In this document: positions 20,476 to 29,680 of the stretch, one piece after another
How the letters are laid out: each line of letters begins with the position of its first letter
How positions within the stretch are numbered: the stretch's first letter is position 1
Source of the DNA: Salinispira sp.
GTDB lineage: Bacteria; Spirochaetota; Spirochaetia; DSM-27196; Salinispiraceae
Assembly: GCA_965226555.1 (NCBI GenBank)
Contig: CBDDDG010000010.1
Location: 384,001-448,000, forward strand
Reading direction: 5' to 3'
DNA: 64,000 nt
Made by a program: the position numbers and the translations under genes
The notes under the pieces: generated by a model
What the model saw: the letters and a program-made list of their open reading frames with translations, nothing else
Database searches by the model: none
What the model was told of the DNA's origin: nothing

Positions 20476-21815
20476 GAAACCTTTGAATAACTCCATTATA
20501 TCTGCCGGTAGTCTTTTTTCCACGCAGAAAAAATTATTCATCGTTTTTCACGTTATTCTCTTCAGCATCCTCCGTCTTTTTTCGGCGCGATACGCGCTAT
20601 ATTCGTTCTTTTTTTCATCTTTTTTCAGTATTTCCCTCATTTCCGGCAGCAGTACCGCCATAAGGGCACAGCTATCCTGTTGTTATGCCGCAACCGCAGA
20701 GTTTTCCGGCGCCATGTTCCCCATTCGCCGTTTCATGCCGATCATCTGTTTCAGATTATACATAATCGCCATACACATAAACCGACTCTGATTCCTCTGA
20801 ACTCCCATATACCGCGCCTTTCTTGCGCCGCAATGGAGTTTGCTCAGACCAAAAAACCGCTCCACCGTATTCCTTACGCGCGACCGCCCGTAATTCGCCT
20901 GCTTCTGTTCATCGGTTAACGGTGTGTTCCGATACGCCCGCTCATGTATTTGATTCTCTATGCCCATCTCCTCAAGCATCGCAGCAATCGCTTTACTCCG
21001 GTACGCGGCATCCGCGTACACCACCGTCTCATTTCCCATAATCAATTCGCCAAATAGTTTGCTGTCATGAATATTGGCCGCAGTCACCAGCAGTTTCTTC
21101 GCCCGTCCCTTCTCATTTACCGTCACGTGTATCTTGAAACCGTAGGTTGTTCGTACCGTTCCATCGCCTCCCTTCTTACTCGCGTAGGCCGCTTCAGGAT
21201 CCTGTGTCGATTCTCCTGCGTCATTTTTTTTCTTCCGATGCCGCGAAGCCTGTATCACACTCGCATCAATTATGCTGACTGTGCCCCGGTGCACTTCACA
21301 ATCCTGCGTGTCCAACTGCGCATTCACCGTGTCCAAGAGCGCGCTGAGAATATTCTTACGGGTCAGTTGTTCCCGAAACCGCCATATCGTGGAATGATCG
21401 GGAGTTTCGTCGAGAACATTGAGCCCCACAAAACGCTTGTATGCCAAGTCGCAGGCAAGCGCATTTTCCATGCCTTCATCGCTGAGATTCTGCCACGATT
21501 GCAGCAACAGCACTTTGAACATCATAACCGGATGATATCCTTTCGCGCCCATCGATTTGTTGTTGATAGCACAGAGCATCTCCCCAATTTCCTTCCAATT
21601 GATCAGTTCATACAGGCTATCGAAGCGTTTCAGCGCTTTACTTTCCTGAATACCCTGATTGATCAGCGATCCATGATGTTCTTTCCAATTATTTCCCATT
21701 GTGTTCTCCTGTTTCAGCGCCGGACAGCGCGCAATACAACCCGATTGCTCATTCCCAGCTCTCTGTGTGAATTTTCTTCAAAATACCATTATTCCCGATG
21801 ATGTGCAAAGGTTTC
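20476..21815 (-). mobile_element. IS5-family insertion sequence, 1340 bp
   Basis: Terminal IRs GAAACCTTTG...CAAAGGTTTC, flanking TACGT duplication (20471-75 and 21816-20). Confidence 0.9.
20683..21699 (-). CDS. IS5-family DDE transposase
   Basis: PDHSTIWRFR, IIDASVI, YADAAY, RNTVERFFG motifs. Confidence 0.93.
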   Translation of the reverse strand: MGNNWKEHHGSLINQGIQESKALKRFDSLYELINWKEIGEMLCAINNKSMGAKGYHPVMMFKVLLLQSWQNLSDEGMENALACDLAYKRFVGLNVLDETPDHSTIWRFREQLTRKNILSALLDTVNAQLDTQDCEVHRGTVSIIDASVIQASRHRKKKNDAGESTQDPEAAYASKKGGDGTVRTTYGFKIHVTVNEKGRAKKLLVTAANIHDSKLFGELIMGNETVVYADAAYRSKAIAAMLEEMGIENQIHERAYRNTPLTDEQKQANYGRSRVRNTVERFFGLSKLHCGARKARYMGVQRNQSRFMCMAIMYNLKQMIGMKRRMGNMAPENSAVAA

Positions 21816-21873
21816 TACGTGCCGTTTCAAAGATAGCGCGCGGAAACCGAAACCGCTCGATGTCTACTTTATC

Positions 21874-22002
21874 ACCAAAGTTTTGCCACAGGCAAAACTT
21901 TCTAAAAATAGGAGAATGCTAAGCACAAAGAAAGCATTTCGAATCTGAAACTTTTGCTACTGGAAATTGCGCACGCGCAATTTTCCAATGCAAAAGTTTT
22001 GT
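21874..22002. repeat. Family 1 element inserted in Rpn pseudogene
   Basis: Splits codons ...VYFI / IEFQS... Confidence 0.9.
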
Positions 22003-22109
22003 ATTGAATTTCAGTCGACAGTGGATAACACCATGCCAGGGAGAATATACACATACGCCCAGCGCTTATCCGAACGCATTTCCTCATCGGGAAAGAAGAA
22101 AACCGATAA

Positions 22110-22208
22110 TAAAGTTTTGCCTCAGGCAAAACTTTCTATACCTTGAGAGAATCAAGAGTATAGATGAGAGAATCCTTATTTGAAAATTTTGCAGAGCAAA
22201 ATTTTCAG
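22110..22208. repeat. Family 1 element inserted in Rpn pseudogene
   Basis: AAAGTTTTGCCTCAGGCAAAACTTT + GAGAGAATC-type spacer + GAAAATTTTGCAGAGCAAAATTTTC. Confidence 0.9.
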
Positions 22209-22505
22209 TTACCGGATAATCACCCTTGTGATATACACCTGCTCGGGAGCGCCAATGATCAATTCTGACCCGCGCACGATCGATTTTCTGTCATTACCAT
22301 ACACAAGCAGTCTGATATCAGAATATTTTCAGATCAATGTTGAGAATTTCAGCAACGAGGAACTAATTTCCGTCGGCGGAGTCATTTCAGCGATAATGTA
22401 TATTGAGAATCTTGGAACAATAGAAGAATACACAGAAGAAACAATCGTCATCCTCAACAATATGATACAGAATAAGATGTCCGAAGATAAAGATGTATTA
22501 TATGA

Positions 22506-22630
22506 CAAAGTTTTGCCTCAGGCAAAACTTTCTATAAAGTGCGAGAATGCTCCGCACATAAAAGTATTCCAAATGAGAAACTTTTGCTACTGGAAATTGT
22601 GCAAGCACAATTTTCCAATGCAAAAGTTTC
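22506..22630. repeat. Family 1 element truncating the Rpn pseudogene and abutting the next lipoprotein gene
   Basis: Two hairpins plus spacer; 3' hairpin and downstream sequence shared with 18177 onward. Confidence 0.9.
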
Positions 22631-22657
22631 TGTCATGAACTTTCAGGAGGAATTATC

Positions 22658-24409
22658 ATGAAAATTAATTTTGATTTTATCCGTTTACCAAAAATTGTTT
22701 TTGCGTTTACGGTTTGTTCTGTGTTTATTGCGCTGCTTGCCGGATGTCCGATGCCGGATTCGCCCCCTGCCATGTTCGCGCCGACCCTCGAAGCGGGGAA
22801 TGGACAACTGACTGCCACATGGGTCGAGCTGGCAGCTATATGGAATGCGGTAGACGACAAGGATGGCAAAAACGTCATTACCTCGTATAATCTGCGTTAC
22901 AGTGAAGTTGGTAGTGGAAGCTGGACGGAGATCACCTCCGGTATTACCGGCGCAAGCCATACCATTACCGAGCTGATAAACGGCGTCAGTTACTCCGTGC
23001 AGGTGCGCGCCGTCAACGCTGGGGGCAGGGGTGCGTGGTCAGCATCGTCCAAGGAAACGCCTCTTGCTTCCCTTCCTGCCGCGCTGGCTGCTCCCACCCT
23101 TGTTGCGGGAGACGGTCAACTGACCGTTACATGGACAGCGCCGACTGATACCGGCGGCAGCGACATTAGCGCATACCACCTGCGCTATAGGGAATATGGC
23201 AGCGGAAGCTGGGAAATTATTACCGAAGGCATTGACGGTACAAGCCATGTCATTAGCGACCTGACAAACGGCACTGTCTATGAGGTACAGGCGCGAGCGA
23301 TCAACGCGGACGGAGGAATTGGCGCATGGTCGGAATCTGCCGTTTCAACTCTCCCTGCCCTTGCCACTGTTCCTGACGCGCCGGCTGCCCCAACCCTTTA
23401 TGCGGGCACTGGGCGGATCGTTGCGAGATGGTCTGCACCGGAAAATAACGGCAGCACCATTACCGGGTATGAGCTGCGATATCGCATAGGCGGCGGAGCA
23501 TGGACGGAAATTACCGAAGGCATCACCGGTACATACCACAGCATTACCGGGCTCACAAACGGCTCCCCCTACGGAGTACAGGCGCGTGCCGTCAATGCAG
23601 TCGGCGCTGGACCATGGTCTCCATTTACAATAGGAAGGCCGCTACTACTAAGGACACAGACTCCTGCGGGTACGGCAAGGGTTGTAAGCCTTTCGGATGC
23701 CGTTAATGTTATTATTGCCAGTGAGAACCTCAGCGTTTCTTTGACGACGGGCACTCACGCGGTCAATGGAGGAGACCTTATGGTAACCACCGTAACTCCG
23801 CCCGGAACAGTCACCCCGCCGATAGTTGATGCGAGTACCGGACTTGTTACGGTTACCGCAAGTACAACGGCAGGAACATATCTGGTATATGGCACTACTG
23901 GAACCGGAGATACACTCCTGTTTGCCGAATATTTCTACGTTACTGTGACTCCTCACGATGGCGATGGTAGTGCTGGTGTTGCTAATACTGATGGCGGTAA
24001 CGATGAACTGGACGCCGCGGTAGCTACGGGGATATCAACATGGGGCAATACTGGCGATTTCAACTACATTATTACCACGGCAGTAACGGATATGACCGAG
24101 GTTTTCTCAGGTAAATCCACATTCAATGGCGATATTTCCGGCTGGGATGTCAGCTCGGTAACGACTATGAACAGTATGTTCCAGTTTGCATCCGTTTTCA
24201 ATATCGATATCTCCGACTGGGATGTCAGTTCGGTAACGAATATGACCGGTATGTTCAATTTAGCAACTGCATTCAATCAAGATCTTGAGGAGTGGAAGGA
24301 TCATTGGACACTTGATGTCAATGGCAAATATACCGGAGTCAAAACCAATATGTTTAAGGATTCCCGCGTAATAGCTACCGGGGGTGTTGGTATGCCGTCA
24401 TGGTATTAG
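22658..24409 (+). CDS. FN3 x3 + DUF285/BspA-like surface lipoprotein (intact)
   Basis: LLAGC lipobox, three FN3 domains (YxVQVRAVN), WDVSSVTxM repeats, PSWY end. Confidence 0.9.
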   Translation: MKINFDFIRLPKIVFAFTVCSVFIALLAGCPMPDSPPAMFAPTLEAGNGQLTATWVELAAIWNAVDDKDGKNVITSYNLRYSEVGSGSWTEITSGITGASHTITELINGVSYSVQVRAVNAGGRGAWSASSKETPLASLPAALAAPTLVAGDGQLTVTWTAPTDTGGSDISAYHLRYREYGSGSWEIITEGIDGTSHVISDLTNGTVYEVQARAINADGGIGAWSESAVSTLPALATVPDAPAAPTLYAGTGRIVARWSAPENNGSTITGYELRYRIGGGAWTEITEGITGTYHSITGLTNGSPYGVQARAVNAVGAGPWSPFTIGRPLLLRTQTPAGTARVVSLSDAVNVIIASENLSVSLTTGTHAVNGGDLMVTTVTPPGTVTPPIVDASTGLVTVTASTTAGTYLVYGTTGTGDTLLFAEYFYVTVTPHDGDGSAGVANTDGGNDELDAAVATGISTWGNTGDFNYIITTAVTDMTEVFSGKSTFNGDISGWDVSSVTTMNSMFQFASVFNIDISDWDVSSVTNMTGMFNLATAFNQDLEEWKDHWTLDVNGKYTGVKTNMFKDSRVIATGGVGMPSWY

Positions 24410-24650
24410 TTTCATAGCCCCCAGCGGCTATTGAAAAATGGCAATTCAACTCAGGCAGGCAGCGGATTGTTCCGCCACCTGCCTTTTTTCGATAAGACGG
24501 CTGGTCGGCGTTCCGCGCCTTCTGCTCGCCCAAGCATGAGGCTCGCCATGCGTCCGGGCTGATCGGAGGCTTACGCCTCCTGGGCTGGTCGGCGTTGCAC
24601 GCCTGCTCGCCCAAGCGTCCGGCTCGCCATGCGTCTGGATCAGGTTAATA
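24410..24650. repeat. GC-rich family 2 repeat (expanded copy)
   Basis: Two tandem GCTGGTCGGCGTT...CTGCTCGCCCAAGC...GCTCGCCATGCGTC units. Confidence 0.8.
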
Positions 24651-25802
24651 TCTCAAAATAATAAAAATAATTACAAAAATTTCTCATATTCACCGTTCAT
24701 ATTTTACCCGTCTATATAGTATGAGCAAAAAGTATATCGGCATGGTACACGCTGGAAATATGCTTTTGAAAATCCCCTGATATTCAGGGACTTCATATAC
24801 TCATATTTCAACAAGGACCTCGCGCGGAGCATTGTTCCCGGGAGCGTGCGTCAATACACCCTATAATACAGGGCGAATTCAACCATACGCTCACCCCGCA
24901 TTCCCGAGCCCTCTCCCTCCGAAAAAAATTCACACATTTTGCAAATTTTTTCCAAAAACACAATAAAAAATGACAGTTTACCCGTCACAGATATAGAGGA
25001 GAGAATTCACCATGGGACCATGTCGCCATGGGAGCTCCCCTATTCAGAAAGAAACGTTCAGGAGGATTGTATGATCGATTTCAAAGAAAAACCCACCCCC
25101 GTTCCCTACGACCAAGGATACCGCTCCCTGCTGTTCCAACCCGCAATAATGCTCCAATTTCTTCAACGCTTTGTCGGAGGCGCATGGACGAAAAAACTGC
25201 GAACCGAGGACATAACCATTGAAAACGGTACCTTTTTCATCGACCATGCGAAAACACGGATGGCCGACATCGTCTGCAAAATCAGAACTCGGGATCACAC
25301 GGGAGATGTTGTCATTTATGTGCTCCTTGAGCATCAGTCTGGAGTGGACAAAGACATGCCCCTCCGCATGTCGGAGTACACGAATCTGCTCTATCGGAAC
25401 ATTCATCGCTCCGGAGCAATTCCCGATGACTGCGAGTTGATATTTCTGCCCATTGTGTTCTATAATGGTACACGAAAATGGAAGGTGCCCGGGAATGTCA
25501 GAGAGCAACGGAAGCGGGAATTCCCGCAGTATCTTGCCCCCTTTCCCTACGATCTGATAAGTGAGAACGATTATTCTGCGGAGCAGTTGCAGCAGCGGGG
25601 AAGAATGTTTGCGGCTGTTATGTACCTTGATCTGTACTCGAAAAATCTGCTGAATACGGATTGGGACATTCAGAAGACGGAGAAAGCGATAGCAGAAATG
25701 CTGAATGAGGAATCGCTGGAGCTGATAGAGGAATTTGTCGGCGTGGTAGATTCTATGTTCGGAATTGTTATAGATTTAGATACGTTAATGAACCGATTAG
25801 AA

Positions 25803-25929
25803 GCAAAGTTTTGCCAGAGGCAAAACTTTCTATAAAATTGGAGAATGCTAAGCACAAAGAAAGCATTCCGAATTTGAAACTTTTGCTACTGGAAATTGTG
25901 CTTGCACAATTTTCCAATGCAAAAGTTTC
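25803..25929. mobile_element. Family 1 element, 127 bp, flanked by AGAA duplication
   Basis: Absent from the paralogue at about 29110; AGAA at 25799-802 and 25930-33. Confidence 0.9.
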
Positions 25930-25969
25930 AGAAAGAACAAAAGAACCGAGAGGTAAGGAGGTAGCAAAA

Positions 25970-26170
25970 ATGTTCAGAATGAATGCGGAAACATTCAGAG
26001 CGCGCATTGCGGAGATGGGTCGGCAGGAAGGCCGCGCTGAGGGGCATATTGAGGAGCGGAGAAAAAACGCCCGCAGTATGTTTTTGGAAGGGTTGTCGAC
26101 CGAGGCTGTTCAGAGAATTACCGGGCTGAGCGATGAGGAAATGCGGACATTGCGGAACGGATCGCATTAA
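25970..26170 (+). CDS. Putative RpnS-like small C-terminal protein (66 aa), intact
   Basis: AAGGAGGT SD 7 nt before ATG; GRQEG repeat and ITGLS..E helix-turn-helix-like tail. Confidence 0.65.
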   Translation: MFRMNAETFRARIAEMGRQEGRAEGHIEERRKNARSMFLEGLSTEAVQRITGLSDEEMRTLRNGSH

Positions 26171-26502
26171 TTGACGTTGCTCGGCCTGCGCGCTAAAACT
26201 TTTGAGGAAGCGGAATACCGATGTGGATAGTGGTATTCTCCGTCGCGGATGCTTCAGGGACTGTACGTTTATTCTGTCAAAACCCCGTCAAAAAGTTTCT
26301 ATTGTTTTGGGATATTACTATTTGATCAGCCCGGACGCATGGGCGAGCAATCGAAAAAAGGCAGGCACGGGGGCTGGTCGGCGCCCCGCGCCTGCCTGAA
26401 TTGCCATTTTCCAATAGCCGCTGGGGGCTATGAAACTACTACTCATACCATGATGGATACGCTGTCGTCTTGCCAGGTCCCACATCGGAAAAACTAAACA
26501 TA

Positions 26503-27497
26503 AGCCCGTGTGAGGGTTTTTTGTGTAGTGGCTTGAAAAAAGAGCACCTATTCCCGTAAAGTATTAAAAAAACCTTACACCAAACGGGAGGGAAAGGTGC
26601 TCAGAGAGGATTTTATCATAGAAATGTTCTGTATGATAAGTGATTGGATGAAAATGAATAAAAATAGTATGGAACGGTTGCGATCACGCGGGCCGAAACC
26701 AAAACTTGGCGATGATGAGGTGTTAACCATGGGAATTGTTGGTGAGTTTTTCGGTATTGATACCGACAAAGGTATTCATCGGTATTTTGTCGAGCATTGG
26801 AGAACTCTCTTTCCACATATTGGACATCGGACGGCCTATGTCCGTCAATCAGCGCATCTCTGGCGGATTAAACAGGAACTTCACAAATACATCACGCAAA
26901 CATTGATCTCACAGAGTGCTCCGGTCTATTGCGTTGACGGATTTCCTCTGCCCCTGTGTAATTTCCGCAGAGCGAATCGTTGCAGACTATTCAAAAGTCA
27001 GGCATCGTATGGATTTTGCGCGGCAAAAAACATGCATTATTATGGGTTTAAGGGACATATTCTGATAACCGCCGATGGGCTGATTATCGACTATACTCTT
27101 ACCCCCGCGAATGTCGATGAGAGAGAAGCGGCGGAAGATTTCTGTAACAGTATGCAGGGAATGCTTTTAGGCGATAAGGGATACATTGGCAAAGCGCCGT
27201 TCTTTGCGGAACACAATATCGCACTTGAAACACCCGTGAGAAAAAATATGAAACAGATACACAGCCCTGAGCAGATGAGCTGGATGATGAATACCCGAAG
27301 AATAATTGAAACGGTTATCAGCCAGTTATCAGAACGATTTCATATTCAAAAAATACGGGCGCGGGATATATGGCATTTCACATCCCGATTATGGAGAAAA
27401 CTCCTCGCTCACACTATGGCAGTGTATTTGTGTAAAAAGCATTGCAATTCATGGTTAGAATTTAGACATTTATGCGGTTAAAACCCTCACACGGGCT
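26503..27497 (+). mobile_element. IS982-family insertion sequence, 995 bp
   Basis: IRs AGCCCGTGTGAGGGTTTT / AAAACCCTCACACGGGCT; 7-bp AAACATA duplication. Confidence 0.9.
26597..27481 (+). CDS. IS982-family transposase
   Basis: VDGFPLPLC, YYGFKGH, LLGDKGY, RRIIETVISQL motifs. Confidence 0.92.
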   Translation: MLREDFIIEMFCMISDWMKMNKNSMERLRSRGPKPKLGDDEVLTMGIVGEFFGIDTDKGIHRYFVEHWRTLFPHIGHRTAYVRQSAHLWRIKQELHKYITQTLISQSAPVYCVDGFPLPLCNFRRANRCRLFKSQASYGFCAAKNMHYYGFKGHILITADGLIIDYTLTPANVDEREAAEDFCNSMQGMLLGDKGYIGKAPFFAEHNIALETPVRKNMKQIHSPEQMSWMMNTRRIIETVISQLSERFHIQKIRARDIWHFTSRLWRKLLAHTMAVYLCKKHCNSWLEFRHLCG

Positions 27498-27532
27498 AAA
27501 CATATCTGCTTTGCTTCCGGTATATGGCACTA

Positions 27533-27760
27533 TTATCCTTGTCCGTTTTTCTGAAATGCCTGAATCTCATCTTCACTGAGATCGGTGTACTTATGAATAC
27601 GGTCTATCGACAGACCATCCTTAAGCATTTTAAGTACCTGCTCACGTTGGGTTCGATCATGTTCACGCTGGAGCTCAGCACGCCCCTGCTCAAGACCCTC
27701 AATCCGGCCCTTCGCAATGCCTTCCCTGACAAAGGCGTTGGTAATATTATATGTCCGCAT
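27533..27760 (-). CDS. Orphan RpnS-like small protein (75 aa)
   Basis: AAGGAG SD + MRTYNITNAFVREG as in the type B Rpn C-terminus; upstream nuclease replaced by a family 1 element. Confidence 0.6.
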   Translation of the reverse strand: MRTYNITNAFVREGIAKGRIEGLEQGRAELQREHDRTQREQVLKMLKDGLSIDRIHKYTDLSEDEIQAFQKNGQG

Positions 27761-27852
27761 ACTGTTTTCTCCTTCAGGATATAATTCCCTGTCAATTTTC
27801 TCAAACTGTTCATACAGTCTGTTCATACAGTTTTGGATCTAGATCTTTGATA

Positions 27853-27980
27853 CCGAAAATTGTGCTCCGCACAATTTTCTAATCTGGATTCTCTCATCTC
27901 TATTCGTGATTCTCTCAAGATATAGAAAGTTTTGCTACTGAAAAATTGTGCAGAGCAAAATTTTCAGTAGCAAAACTCTG
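27853..27980. repeat. Family 1 element at the same junction as 45562
   Basis: Same flank and first ~80 bp as 45562-45645. Confidence 0.9.
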
Positions 27981-28383
27981 TAATAAAACTTTCTCATATT
28001 CACCATTCATATTTTACCCGTCTATATAGTATGAGCGGAAAATATATCGGAATGGTACACGCTGGAAATATGCTTTCGAAAATCCCCGGATATTCCGGAA
28101 CTTCATATACTCCTACTTCAACAAGGACCTCGCGCGGAGCATTGTTCCCGGGAGCGTGCGTCAATACACCCTATAATACAGGGCGAATTCAACCATACGC
28201 TCACCCCGCATTCCCGAGCCCTCTCCCTCCGAAAAAAATTCACACATTTTGCAAATTATTTCCAAAAACACAATAAAAAATGACAGTTTACCCGTCACAG
28301 ATATAGAGGAGAGAATTCACCATGGGACCATGTCGCCATGGGAGCTCCTCCCCTATTCAGAAAGAAACGTTCAGGAGGATTGT

Positions 28384-29412
28384 ATGATCGATTTCAAAGA
28401 AAAACCCGCCCCCATTCCCTACGACCAGGGATACCGCTCCCTGCTGTTCCAACCCGCAATAATGCTTCAATTTCTTCAACGCTTTGTCGGAGGCGCATGG
28501 ACGAAAAAATTGCGAATCGAGGACATAACCATCGAAAACGGTACCTTTTTCATCGATCATGCGAAAACACGGATGGCCGACATTGTCTGCAAAATCAGAA
28601 GTCGGGATCACACGGGAGATGTTGCTATCTATGTGCTCCTTGAGCATCAGTCCGGCGTGGACAAAGACATGCCCCTCCGCATGTCGGAGTATACGAATCT
28701 GCTCTATCGGAACATTCACCGCTCTGGAGCAATTCCCGATGACTGTGAATTGGTATTTCTTCCCATTGTGTTCTATAATGGAACTCGAAAATGGAAGGTG
28801 CCGGGGAATGTCAGAGAGCAACGGAAGCGGGAATTCCCGCAGTATCTTGCCCCCTTTCCCTACGATCTGATAAGTGAGAACGATTATTCTGCGGAGCAGT
28901 TGCAGCAGCGGGGAAGAATGTTTGCGGCTGTTATGTACCTTGATCTGTACTCGAAAAATCTGCTGAATACGGATTGGGACATTCAGAAGACGGAGAAAGC
29001 GATAGCAGAAATGCTGAATGAGGAATCGCTGGAGCTGATAGAGGAATTTATCGGCGTGGTAGATTCGATGTTCGGAATTGTTATAGATTTAGATACGTTA
29101 ATGAACCAGTTACAAAGAACAAAAGAACCGAGAGGTAAGGAGGTAGCGAAAATGTTCAGAATGAATGCGGAAACATTCAAAGCGCGCATTGCGGAAATGG
29201 GTCGGCAGGAAGGATTGCAGACAGGACTGCGAACAGGTCGTGAAGAAGGACTTCAAAAGGGGCTACAGGCAGGCCGCGCTGAGGGGCATATTGAGGAGCG
29301 GAGAAAAAACGCCCGCAGTATGTTTTTGGAAGGGTTGTCGACCGAGGCTGTTCAGAGAATTACCGGGCTGAGCGATGAGGAAATGCGGACAGTGCGGAAC
29401 GGATCGCATTAA
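28384..29412 (+). CDS. Rpn-family PD-(D/E)XK nuclease (type A), intact
   Basis: CAGGAGG RBS + MIDFKEK; RMADIV, LLEHQSGVD, PIVFYNG, C-terminal GxxEG repeats. Confidence 0.9.
   Translation: MIDFKEKPAPIPYDQGYRSLLFQPAIMLQFLQRFVGGAWTKKLRIEDITIENGTFFIDHAKTRMADIVCKIRSRDHTGDVAIYVLLEHQSGVDKDMPLRMSEYTNLLYRNIHRSGAIPDDCELVFLPIVFYNGTRKWKVPGNVREQRKREFPQYLAPFPYDLISENDYSAEQLQQRGRMFAAVMYLDLYSKNLLNTDWDIQKTEKAIAEMLNEESLELIEEFIGVVDSMFGIVIDLDTLMNQLQRTKEPRGKEVAKMFRMNAETFKARIAEMGRQEGLQTGLRTGREEGLQKGLQAGRAEGHIEERRKNARSMFLEGLSTEAVQRITGLSDEEMRTVRNGSH
29152..29412 (+). CDS. Internal in-frame RpnS-like ORF (86 aa)
   Basis: AAGGAGGT at 29137-44, ATG 29152. Confidence 0.65.
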   Translation: MFRMNAETFKARIAEMGRQEGLQTGLRTGREEGLQKGLQAGRAEGHIEERRKNARSMFLEGLSTEAVQRITGLSDEEMRTVRNGSH

Positions 29413-29564
29413 TTGACGTTGCTCGGCCTGCGCGCTAAAACTTTTGAGGAAGCGGAATACCGATGTGGATAGTGGTATTCTCCGTCGCGGATGCTTCAGG
29501 GACTGTACGTTTATTCTGTCAAAACCCCGTCAAAAAGTTTCTATTATTTTGAGATATTACTATT

Positions 29565-29680
29565 TGATCAGCCCGGACGCATGGGCGAGCAATCGAAAAA
29601 AAGGCAGGCACGGGGGCTGGTCGGCGCCCCGCGCCTGCCTGAGTTGAATTGCAATGTTTCAATAGCCGCTGGGGGCTATG
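29565..29680. repeat. GC-rich family 2 repeat between convergent Rpn and lipoprotein genes
   Basis: AAAAAAGGCAGGCACGGGG...CCCCGCGCCTGCC hairpin; near-identical to 26325-26437. Confidence 0.8.

Larger units (their letters stand above)
20265..22505 (+). pseudogene. Rpn-family (PD-(D/E)XK) nuclease gene broken by an IS5-family element and three family 1 elements
   Basis: Removing the inserts rejoins HDKSWKYVF...SDVIYKTT|CRFKDSARKPKPLDVYFI|IEFQSTVDNTMPGRIYTY...|YRIITLVIYT. Confidence 0.85.
25071..26170 (+). pseudogene. Rpn-family nuclease (type A) frameshifted by a family 1 element
   Basis: Near-identical to 28384-29412; YDQGYRSL, ADIV, LLEHQS; 127-bp insert at 25803-25929. Confidence 0.9.
26439..27527 (-). 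pseudogene. 3' remnant of a DUF285/BspA-like lipoprotein gene, split by the IS982-family element
   Basis: IS-free reconstruction reads PYTGSKADMFSFSDVGPGKTTAYPSWYE*, matching paralogue tails (KYTGSK...PSWY). Confidence 0.75.

Noticed and set aside
17941..22630. Integron attC sites
   Set aside because: Elements lack RYYYAAC/GTTRRRY ends, insert inside genes in both orientations, and no integrase is present
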